Source: Gammaproteobacteria bacterium
GTDB taxonomy: Bacteria; Pseudomonadota; Gammaproteobacteria; GCA-001735895
Direction of reading: 5' to 3'
Length of the DNA: 64,000 bases
NCBI GenBank assembly: GCA_050298595.1
Contig: JBNKUM010000028.1
Location: 39,075-103,074, forward strand
The translations under genes and the position numbers were made by a program. A model generated the notes under the pieces. That model made no database searches. It saw nothing but the letters and a program-made list of their open reading frames with translations, and was not told where the DNA came from. Shown in pieces: positions 41,245 to 49,695 of the stretch; the stretch's first letter is position 1; each line of letters opens with the position of its first letter.

Positions 41245-41847
41245 TTAACCTTCGTTTTTCTTGTCAATTCGACGTTGTAGATCAACTATCCATTTTTCTA
41301 CAGATTCATTTTTTGCACCAGTCAATTCCTGATACTTCTGATAATGAGCTAATGCATCATTCCATTGCTGTAGATAGATATCCAGCAATATACCCAGATT
41401 TAAATGCGCATTTGCATACTCGGGGTTAATTTCTAGCGCTTGCAGGTAATGCTGTTTTGCCGGTTCAAATAAACCCTGCTGGCGCTCGATAATGGCCAGG
41501 TGATTATAGGCAATTGCATCCTGTTTATCCTGCTCAATTGCGGTCAAAAATTCACTTTGGGCTGGTTTGTATTCTTTTTGTTGAAATAACAGCAAACCCA
41601 GATTGGTATGCGCATGCTTATATTCGTTATCAATAGCGATCAATTGTCGAAAGAAATCGATTGATTCGTGAGTTTGCCCCGCTTTTGCTGTGGAAATAGC
41701 GAGGTCGTAAAGCTCTAGCCTGGGGTCAACTTTAACGACTTCAGGTGCCTGCTCTGCTGGTTCTGGTTGAGTTGGAGCTATGCTCTGACAGGCAGATTGC
41801 AGAATGGCAAACAAAAAGATTAAGATCGGGTAGTTTTTATTCAACAT
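41245..41847 (-). CDS. TPR lipoprotein (GltE-like)
   Basis: Lipobox QSAC; TPR repeats AHTNLG, AYNHLA, AHLNLGILLDIY. Confidence 0.85.
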   Translation of the reverse strand: MLNKNYPILIFLFAILQSACQSIAPTQPEPAEQAPEVVKVDPRLELYDLAISTAKAGQTHESIDFFRQLIAIDNEYKHAHTNLGLLLFQQKEYKPAQSEFLTAIEQDKQDAIAYNHLAIIERQQGLFEPAKQHYLQALEINPEYANAHLNLGILLDIYLQQWNDALAHYQKYQELTGAKNESVEKWIVDLQRRIDKKNEG

Positions 41848-44629
41848 ATTGATCACTTATTTCAGTTTTGCCGTATCTAAAAGGTAGCAGTCTGGCCAGG
41901 CTTTGCAGGCTGTTTTTGATAGAGTCATCGTAGCTGCCTTTTGGAATTCTTGAGATATTGGTTTCGTGAATGGCGATTGCCTTTTCTTCAAAAGGAAATG
42001 CCTGATCTTCCAGCAGGTAGTTATATTCTTCCAGCTCTGCCGCGTTTAGATTTTTTGGTTTTTCTGAAGTTAATAATGCAGTGGCAAAATCACGATAGAT
42101 TTCGGCAATATAATAAGTAGAGGCGGTGGTTACTTCTTCAACCTGATATTTTGCTGCTTTTGTATAGGCTTTAATGGCTTTTTGCATTAGAGCTTTCTTC
42201 TTTTTCAAGCTTTTCTTCAGCGGCGTAGTAAGCCGAGCTTTAGTGTATTGTTGACGGATCGGCTCTATCAAAATCAGACTGGAGGTTGCCGCCAGATAGC
42301 GACTACGGTCACTGCGTTGAGTTTTGGCATTGGCATCTGCTTCGATAATACTATTTAGCCAGCTGTGATAATTTTTCGTATCCTTTTTATTCAGATAAGA
42401 CTGGGCTATTTTATAGCGTAACTCGATAGAGCGAGATAAGGGGTTGGGATATTTTTTGACATAGGTTTTATAGAGGTCTATAACCTTTTCTGGCTTCCCA
42501 TCTTTATCATGCAATTCGGCAGCCTGCCACAATAGATCACGCTGATCTTTGGTCGGGGAAAGGGCAACCAGTGCCATGACTTCTTTGGCAGCTTTGCCAT
42601 ATTGATTGGTATTGTTATAGCAAAGCGCAAGTTTCTCGCTAACACCCTGGTTCCATTTCTCCTGTTTTGGGTATTTACGCCGAAAATCTTCCAGAATGGT
42701 GATTGCGCTGGACCAGTCTTGCAGGGCTATGTATTCAGTGGCCGCATCGTACTGGGCGATGATTTTTTTGTCAGAACTGGGAACAACCTGGCCCAGGCGC
42801 TGAAAGTGCTGCGCAGCAAGTAGATGATCGCCCTGATTACGCGCCATTTCACCCTGCAGATAAATACTGGATGCCAGTTGGTCTTGCATTTGCTCGCGGG
42901 TTTTACGATCTTTAACCGCTAGCCCGGCGATGACCTGCTGGTAGGCATCTTCTGCCTGGGCATATTGCTTCAATTCAAACTGACTGTGAGCAATGATAAT
43001 CCAGGCCTGATGATGAATTTTTTTATCCAGCTGCAGATCATCTACAAGACGTTGCGAGGCATTAATCGCTTCGTTATATTTTTTTAGGCTGAAAAACTTT
43101 TCCGAGGTATTTAGTAGCACAGATGGCATACGTTTATCTTCAATGAATTTATCACTGAAGGTTAAAGAGCTTTGTATTAGACGCAGGTTTAAAGCGGGCT
43201 GTAATTCAGGTTTGGTGATTGCATACAGTGCGTTATAACTCATCAATGCGGCATAGCCCGCTTCAGCACTATTTTTATGTGGAGGGTACTGGTAGGCGGT
43301 TTTTTCATATTGCTCAATGGCCATTGCGTATTGTTTTGATTCGAAGCGTGTTTCGGCTAACAGGAAGTTGATTTCAGCCGCATCCTTGTCGTTAGGGAAT
43401 GAATCGAGATACAACTGATACCAACTGGCGGCAGTTTTGTAATCGCTTACTTTTTTGCTACTGCGTGCCAGTGCGTGGTAATGGGTTGAAATGTCGTATA
43501 AATGACGGGTTAATACAGGTTGTAGATCCTTGCGTGTCTGTTCATTGGCCTGTGACCAGTAAGCATTGCCGATATTGTAGTTCTCGATAAAACGACGCTT
43601 TTCTGCCAGTATCAGTTTGCTAAACCCGCCTTTCTGATAGGCGTCTATAGCCAGTCCATGCATCCCTGGGGTATAGATGGAGAAAGGGTAATTTTGCACA
43701 TAGGCCAGATAGTTATCAGCAGCATCGGTAATACGTTCTTTACTTAAATACAGCTCACCAAGTTTTAGATATAACAGGGGTTCATAGTCTCTTTTGCCGT
43801 GGGTGTTGAAGAATTGTGCGATGGGTTGTTTGCTGCTGCTGTAGGAAAATGAAAGACTGACAACGCGTAGTACATCGTTTAATAATTCCTGATCGGCGCG
43901 ACTTAAGGAAGCTGGTAGACTGTTTGGTTCGATCTTGCCTAATTTTTTATTGTAATCAAGGAGTGATATATAACTCTGGGTGGCGGCAACGTAATTACTC
44001 TGTTTAAACAATGCCCAGCCTTGCTTATACAGTGCTTTCTCGTAGTACAGGGAATCGGGAAAGTTTTCGACAATAACGGCATAGGCAGATTGTGCCTGTT
44101 TATATTCACCATCAAGAAAAAAGGCTTCCCCTCGGCGGAACTGTATTTCATCAATGTATTGAGACTGAGGAAAGTTAGATGCCAGTTGATCCATTGCGGC
44201 TCGTGCTTTCTCAGTTTCACCTTCAAGGGCATAAGCACGTGATAACTGGTACAGGATCAGGTCGTTATCGGGTCGGTATGGGTAGCGTTTCAAATAGGAT
44301 TGATAGCGTTGAATGGCTACCTGGGTTTCAAGTTTGGCGCGTTTTTCTATCTCTGGATCATCGGATAATTTATTGTCCATGCTAGCTTCCAGTTCGAGGT
44401 CAGCCAGACGTTGTACCTCTTTTCCGTAAACTTCATTCTGTGGCGTAATATCGATCAGTTCGCGATAGCTTTTAATGACCTTGCTTTTAGAGATGTCAAA
44501 ATTTACCTGAGGTTGAATCTCTTCTATCGGCTCTAATTCAATATCGGCAATATTACGAATATCTGGCGTGTTTGCGCAGCCCTGTAAAAGTAATAAAGTG
44601 AGTAGGAATATAAGCCAGCGATCAGTCAT
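41837..44629 (-). CDS. Large TPR lipoprotein (GltD-like)
   Basis: Lipobox LQGC; many TPRs (LYQLSRAY, QFRRGEAFF, ALYKQGW); C-terminal EEY..LLEDQAFPFEEKAI..HE.N. Confidence 0.85.
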   Translation of the reverse strand: MTDRWLIFLLTLLLLQGCANTPDIRNIADIELEPIEEIQPQVNFDISKSKVIKSYRELIDITPQNEVYGKEVQRLADLELEASMDNKLSDDPEIEKRAKLETQVAIQRYQSYLKRYPYRPDNDLILYQLSRAYALEGETEKARAAMDQLASNFPQSQYIDEIQFRRGEAFFLDGEYKQAQSAYAVIVENFPDSLYYEKALYKQGWALFKQSNYVAATQSYISLLDYNKKLGKIEPNSLPASLSRADQELLNDVLRVVSLSFSYSSSKQPIAQFFNTHGKRDYEPLLYLKLGELYLSKERITDAADNYLAYVQNYPFSIYTPGMHGLAIDAYQKGGFSKLILAEKRRFIENYNIGNAYWSQANEQTRKDLQPVLTRHLYDISTHYHALARSSKKVSDYKTAASWYQLYLDSFPNDKDAAEINFLLAETRFESKQYAMAIEQYEKTAYQYPPHKNSAEAGYAALMSYNALYAITKPELQPALNLRLIQSSLTFSDKFIEDKRMPSVLLNTSEKFFSLKKYNEAINASQRLVDDLQLDKKIHHQAWIIIAHSQFELKQYAQAEDAYQQVIAGLAVKDRKTREQMQDQLASSIYLQGEMARNQGDHLLAAQHFQRLGQVVPSSDKKIIAQYDAATEYIALQDWSSAITILEDFRRKYPKQEKWNQGVSEKLALCYNNTNQYGKAAKEVMALVALSPTKDQRDLLWQAAELHDKDGKPEKVIDLYKTYVKKYPNPLSRSIELRYKIAQSYLNKKDTKNYHSWLNSIIEADANAKTQRSDRSRYLAATSSLILIEPIRQQYTKARLTTPLKKSLKKKKALMQKAIKAYTKAAKYQVEEVTTASTYYIAEIYRDFATALLTSEKPKNLNAAELEEYNYLLEDQAFPFEEKAIAIHETNISRIPKGSYDDSIKNSLQSLARLLPFRYGKTEISDQYVE

Positions 44630-46487
44630 TTTTCTTCTCGCTATTTGCCAGGTCATCATATAAACGGGCCAGGGAGTAACGCGCGCTCAGACGTAACTGT
44701 TTGATATGATCCTGTTGCTGAAGCAGTGTATTGATAGCTACCTGGTTAATATAATTTTTCTGTCTGCCGAGCAGGTTATCAACCTGCGTAAACAGCTGAC
44801 TAATTATCGACGATTGCCCTGCAATGCGCTTATCTAGCTCGCTTAGTGTGTTGTCGTTAACTACAGCGGCAAGGCTGAGTGATTGAGCGGCTGCACTGGT
44901 TTCAAGCATGGACTGCTTAAGTGACTTCAGTTCAGATGTCGCGCGCCAGGCACGTGTGGGAAAATCGGTTTCTATCTGATATTGCAGCAATCCTTTTAGC
45001 AGACGGTATTTGGCTTTTTCTGCGCTTAAATCCTGCTGCCCTTCAAGTTGATCAAGAATAGATTTTAATTCATCCAGCTGTTGCAGATATTCAGTTTCAT
45101 CTGCATCGGCCAGAGCCAGATAATTCTCTTCATTAACTATTGAGGTCACTTTCTGTGAGAGTTGTTCAACCTGTGATTGAAAGTCGTTTATATGTTCTAA
45201 TTCTGCATTGTTTTCAATGGCTGGACGCTTGGCCTCAAAATTTGCTCGACGTTCTTTAAGCATTAATGTCAGTACTGGGAGATTCTCATCCCATTTAAGC
45301 AGAGCATCCAGAATATCAAGCAGTTCCTGATAACGGCGAACCTGTTGTTGGAATTGTTTGTCTGCGATCAGTGTATACAGATAGTTCGCTGTGTTTTTTT
45401 CCAGCGTTGTTTCGCCTATCAGTTTAATGCTTGAATCTTCAATGATGCGATGTTGAATCAGTGCATCAATCAGTTGGTCATCAGTGATCTGAGAAATAAG
45501 TTTTTGTTGCTCGACCAATAGTTTGTCGAAGTTGGCGGCTGCCTGACGATAGTATTCAATTGCCTGAGTTTTACGTTGTTTGAGTTCCAGAGCATAGGGA
45601 ATAGCCAGATAGGATTCCAGAGTCGCACCATCTATCTGAGTTTTTTTCTGCAACACTCTCCAGTAACTCATGGCCTTATCCAGATCAGATTTCTGGCTCC
45701 AGGCCCAACCTATGCCAAGCAAAGCTTTATTTGAAACGGGTCCAGAGAAGCGAATTTTTAAAAAATGTGCGATTGCGGCATCATTTTCTTCATGCCTCAG
45801 GCTGTTCAATCCTAATGCCAACTGACTCGAATCCAGTAAGCCAGCAAACTCATCACCGGGTATGCTAAGTTTTTGCAGACTTTCCAGGCCCTGGTAACCG
45901 GGTTCTTCCTGACCAGCTGTTATTTGCGCAATCGATAAGTTGTATATTGCATAAGCACGCCAGATGCTACGAGGGTCAATTTTCTGTATAGCATCTGCAG
46001 CCTGCTCGAAGTTTTGTTTGCGGGTAAACAGAGAACTCAATAGATACTGTCTTTGTTGTTCACGTTGTGCGGGCAGGGGATTTGAAATTCGTGATAGCAG
46101 TTGTTCAGCCTGCTCGAAATTGCCCTGTTCAAACTGTACTCTGGCCAGATTGAACCAGACACGGTTCTGGGTGTTTGTGGATTTTTCCTGTTGCAGCAAC
46201 TGATTGAATATCTGTTCGGCGTCATCGCTTAAGCCGTAGTTAAAGTACAGGCTACCGCGTAATAACTCGGCATCATGGGGTTGTACCTTGAATGCGTTTT
46301 TAAATTTTCCTACATCAATTTCGGTAATTGCATTTAGCGTTTTATTCTGGAACAGCTGATACAGTGCTGTGCCGTACGGCAGGTCGAGAGTGGGGAGATC
46401 TTTCTCTGCACGTAAGCTATGAGTGACAATTAAGAGCGGGAGTGTCAGGCATACAGACCGGATTTTAAAACGAAATACTTTCATCAC
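44622..46487 (-). CDS. Exported TPR + coiled-coil protein (GltC-like)
   Basis: Signal peptide, TPRs (VWFNLARVQF, ALLGIGWA), long coiled coil, C-terminal ARYSLARLYD. Confidence 0.8.
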   Translation of the reverse strand: MMKVFRFKIRSVCLTLPLLIVTHSLRAEKDLPTLDLPYGTALYQLFQNKTLNAITEIDVGKFKNAFKVQPHDAELLRGSLYFNYGLSDDAEQIFNQLLQQEKSTNTQNRVWFNLARVQFEQGNFEQAEQLLSRISNPLPAQREQQRQYLLSSLFTRKQNFEQAADAIQKIDPRSIWRAYAIYNLSIAQITAGQEEPGYQGLESLQKLSIPGDEFAGLLDSSQLALGLNSLRHEENDAAIAHFLKIRFSGPVSNKALLGIGWAWSQKSDLDKAMSYWRVLQKKTQIDGATLESYLAIPYALELKQRKTQAIEYYRQAAANFDKLLVEQQKLISQITDDQLIDALIQHRIIEDSSIKLIGETTLEKNTANYLYTLIADKQFQQQVRRYQELLDILDALLKWDENLPVLTLMLKERRANFEAKRPAIENNAELEHINDFQSQVEQLSQKVTSIVNEENYLALADADETEYLQQLDELKSILDQLEGQQDLSAEKAKYRLLKGLLQYQIETDFPTRAWRATSELKSLKQSMLETSAAAQSLSLAAVVNDNTLSELDKRIAGQSSIISQLFTQVDNLLGRQKNYINQVAINTLLQQQDHIKQLRLSARYSLARLYDDLANSEKKND

Positions 46488-46502
46488 TAAGCGCTAATAA
46501 GC

Positions 46503-47033
46503 CTAATCTCTGATTTTGGCTTCGAAAAGCGGTTGCTCTTTGCTAGGGTCATCAATTATCTGTAGCTCGACAAATTGCGGCTCGCTGCCTTTTTCCATTT
46601 TAAGTGTAGCGCCGCGTCGATAGTCTCTGCCATTCGGCCCTTTGCCAATAAATAATGCAATGATTTCATGTTCACCGGATGCCAGGTTGCCCTGATACAG
46701 GCGTTGAACACCGCCGCGTTTGAGCGCATCCAGTTCGCGTTGAGTGTACAGGTAGTTTGTGACTACTTTGTTATCGATTTTTAGCTGTACCGAATCCAGT
46801 GTGAATAATTGTCCAGCGTCGATAGAAAGAAAAACATTAAACTGAGTATTGGCGGGAAATAACAGGTCTTCTTCAAGAATAAACAGGTTGCGATTAAGCG
46901 TAAGCACCTGTTTTTTTAAGTCGATAATTTCCTGCTGCAACTCGCTATCGGGTTGCTGGGCGCTCACGATAGTGGGTGTGAGGAATACGGTGCCCAATAG
47001 CAGCAAAATTAAAATTCTGTGAGCTGTTGTCAT
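46503..47033 (-). CDS. Exported hypothetical protein of the cluster
   Basis: Signal peptide (VSA), short coiled coil LKKQVLTLNRNLFILEEDLLFP, then beta-rich domain; no HTH. Confidence 0.75.
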   Translation of the reverse strand: MTTAHRILILLLLGTVFLTPTIVSAQQPDSELQQEIIDLKKQVLTLNRNLFILEEDLLFPANTQFNVFLSIDAGQLFTLDSVQLKIDNKVVTNYLYTQRELDALKRGGVQRLYQGNLASGEHEIIALFIGKGPNGRDYRRGATLKMEKGSEPQFVELQIIDDPSKEQPLFEAKIRD

Positions 47034-47077
47034 GTGAATAACCTGTTATACCCTGTTAAATTTAGTTATTTTGCGAT

Positions 47078-48073
47078 TTAAGATGGATCGGGTGAAACCA
47101 GTCCGGATGAGTAATGAACTTTACCGCTGGCATCTATGATAATCGCATCCAGATTCTGCATTTTTTCTATGAGTTGTATCCCTTTCTCTGCACCCAGTAC
47201 GAACAGAGTGGTCGATAATGCATCAGTAGTCGTTGCGTCAGGACCAATAACCGACGCACTCCATGACCTTTTTGCTGATCGGCCGGTACGGGGGTTGATT
47301 ATATGATGAATTCTTTCATCATTGGTTAAAAAATAACGCTCATAGTCGCCGGATGTTGAAATTGCAGTATTAGAAAGCGGGATGCGTAGCGCATAGGCAT
47401 CTTTATTGCGCGGATGTTGAATACCGATAATCCACGGTCTTCCATTTTTATCTCCTATGATGCGGCTGTCTCCGCCGGCGCTGACAATGCCTGAGCTGAT
47501 TCCACATTTCTGCAGTAGATCTATAGCGCGGTCTACCGCATAGCCCTTGGCTATTCCCCCCAGATCGATACGCATGCCGGCGTGGGTGAAATGTACGGTG
47601 TTGGCCTGTAGCTCAATATTTCGATAATTAACACTGGGTAAAGCCAGTTTGATATGTTTTTCATCAGGTTGAATTTTTTTTCGATAATCATACTGGTAGC
47701 CGATAGAGGCAAAACTGATATCGAAAGCGCCTGCAGAGAGTTCAGAGAATTTAATCGATGTTTTCAATAGATCAAATAGCTCCGGGCTTACTGCAACAGT
47801 CTGTGCGGCGGCTTTATTATTGATCTGCGAGATTTCGCTTTCTGCGATATAGGGGCTCATCAGCTGTTCAATACGATTAAATTCATCAAACACCTGCCCA
47901 ACACAGGTGACAGCCTGTTGCTGGTTCGGGCTATCGATCTCTAGCGAAATTAGAGTGCCCATCATATTACGCTGCTGTTTCAGCCAGTTTGCGTTGATCG
48001 ATGAGCTATAAAGCCCCAGACTGATTAAGCACAGATAAAAAGTGGCAGCAGGAATTGAAAAGCTAAACTGCAT
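47078..48073 (-). CDS. apbE: FAD:protein FMN transferase
   Basis: MGT, SEISQIN, GAFDI, DLGGIAKGYAVD, STSGDYERY, HHIINPRTG, DALST. Confidence 0.95.
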   Translation of the reverse strand: MQFSFSIPAATFYLCLISLGLYSSSINANWLKQQRNMMGTLISLEIDSPNQQQAVTCVGQVFDEFNRIEQLMSPYIAESEISQINNKAAAQTVAVSPELFDLLKTSIKFSELSAGAFDISFASIGYQYDYRKKIQPDEKHIKLALPSVNYRNIELQANTVHFTHAGMRIDLGGIAKGYAVDRAIDLLQKCGISSGIVSAGGDSRIIGDKNGRPWIIGIQHPRNKDAYALRIPLSNTAISTSGDYERYFLTNDERIHHIINPRTGRSAKRSWSASVIGPDATTTDALSTTLFVLGAEKGIQLIEKMQNLDAIIIDASGKVHYSSGLVSPDPS

Positions 48074-48082
48074 ATTGAATGG

Positions 48083-49687
48083 TCAGGAGATGATAGGCTC
48101 GAAGGCGACGTATTGTTCATAACTGGTTCCGCTACCTAATCCATGACCTGGAAAAGTAGTAGCGAAGTTACTTAGTTGATTATTCAGCGCCATATAATTT
48201 AATAGCACGGTGTTCACTAGCAGATTGACATTATTTGCGGCTGGGCTGGACGAAGTCACTACTGATGCATCACTTGAGAAGCGGCCTATCTGGCGACCAG
48301 CTCCTGGGCCGCTTGCGCTTAGAAGCGGTGATGAATTGGGGTTATAGACGAGGAAGAATGAACAGGCTGTAGAAGAATTATCACCGCTCCACACACCCTT
48401 GCCATTGGCAGAACTGTCTCTTGTGCCATTGCTGGCGACGGAGCCATCGCTGAAGACATAAATCATCAAAGGGCTACCCAGGAGATTTGCATAATTGAGG
48501 CAGGCGCCTATGCATTGGCCCGCGCGCCTGTCTCTTGTTTCACCGGTGCTACGGTCACCCGTATGGTAGTCATAACCACCCATGGTGATACAACCAGCGG
48601 CCGAATACCCGTTTAATACCATCTTCATGATGGATGCGGTTTTACGGAATTCGGTATCTTTCATTTCCGTAGTGTTAAAAATTGCTTGAATATTAGTATC
48701 ATCTTCTGGGTTTACTGCTACACCAGCAAAGCCATTTGCCAGGTCGGCGGCTTTTAAGTAGCCGCAGCGCACCAGATCCTTTACCACCTCATCGTTGGTG
48801 ATTCCGGTCTGGATAGTGCCCAGTTTGAGTTTTTTATGGGTGATGCGAGCCATCGATTCCATGACTGCTGTTACATCGGCGGGGTTGCTCAGGGTAGCGG
48901 TTAAATTGCCAACATCAACCATGCCGGTGACATCGCTGGGTCGGTCGACCTTGGTAGGCCTAAACTCAGGGTTAACCATATTTGCAGGGGCTACCGAGTT
49001 ACCACCCGATTCACTATTACGCGAACCGATCAGGTCAACAACCGAGCCACGGGCACCCGCTATAGCAACACCATACAGGGGGTTATGCGGATTATTACCG
49101 GTATCATTGTCTGATCGAGCAGGGATGACGCAACCATCGATATTACCACCAGTTACTGCAGCTCCGCCTTTTTCCAGAATTCCCGCCAGCATAGCGCTGT
49201 CAGCATGAAACTGTAATCCGAGCTGAGAATTAACGAAATCGTTATTGATGCTGGGGTTTTGTAAAGTAGTGAAGGCGGTGGAATCGAGTCCGGGAATCAT
49301 GTCACCGGGTATACCCATCTTGCTGTAGCCCGCAGTTGTTATGGTGCCATCGTTCTGGCCGCCAGCACCGCCAACCAGTACATTGGAACCAGCGAAGTTA
49401 GCACCTCCGGCCAGGTCGAAACAGATCATCGGTACGTTACCGGTATCAAGGCCAAAGGAACAGCCTATGTCGGCTGCCAGAGCATTCATATCTGAAGATA
49501 GCGCTGCGCGCGCCTGATTCGGTGTTGCGAACAGGCTGAAGACTCCACCGCTTAATACGCTAGCAGAACCCAATGTAAAACCCTGCCGGATAAAATCTCG
49601 GCGCGAGACGGGGCGGGCGTGATCGGCATGATACAGCGGAGCATCAACCGGCAGGTTTTTCATCGAGTATTTGTTTTTTTGGCGCAT
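48083..49687 (-). CDS. Tat-exported hypothetical protein (DUF1501/DUF1552-like)
   Basis: Twin-arginine SRRDFI plus hydrophobic helix and ARA cleavage site; FDLAGGAN, GGYDYHTG, YVFSDGS motifs. Confidence 0.7.
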   Translation of the reverse strand: MRQKNKYSMKNLPVDAPLYHADHARPVSRRDFIRQGFTLGSASVLSGGVFSLFATPNQARAALSSDMNALAADIGCSFGLDTGNVPMICFDLAGGANFAGSNVLVGGAGGQNDGTITTAGYSKMGIPGDMIPGLDSTAFTTLQNPSINNDFVNSQLGLQFHADSAMLAGILEKGGAAVTGGNIDGCVIPARSDNDTGNNPHNPLYGVAIAGARGSVVDLIGSRNSESGGNSVAPANMVNPEFRPTKVDRPSDVTGMVDVGNLTATLSNPADVTAVMESMARITHKKLKLGTIQTGITNDEVVKDLVRCGYLKAADLANGFAGVAVNPEDDTNIQAIFNTTEMKDTEFRKTASIMKMVLNGYSAAGCITMGGYDYHTGDRSTGETRDRRAGQCIGACLNYANLLGSPLMIYVFSDGSVASNGTRDSSANGKGVWSGDNSSTACSFFLVYNPNSSPLLSASGPGAGRQIGRFSSDASVVTSSSPAANNVNLLVNTVLLNYMALNNQLSNFATTFPGHGLGSGTSYEQYVAFEPIIS

Positions 49688-49695
49688 GATTTTAC

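Noticed and set aside
38270-46487. Calling the locus a gliding-motility system
   Set aside because: Only core-like components are present; no recognisable cytoplasmic platform, FHA-domain or CglB-like adhesin genes, and the associated genes are redox proteins. Motility cannot be inferred.
46503-49687. Labels such as AraC regulator (46503-47033) or GspF (48083-49687) that I recall for similar proteins
   Set aside because: The first has a signal peptide and no HTH; the second is a soluble Tat substrate without GspF transmembrane topology.
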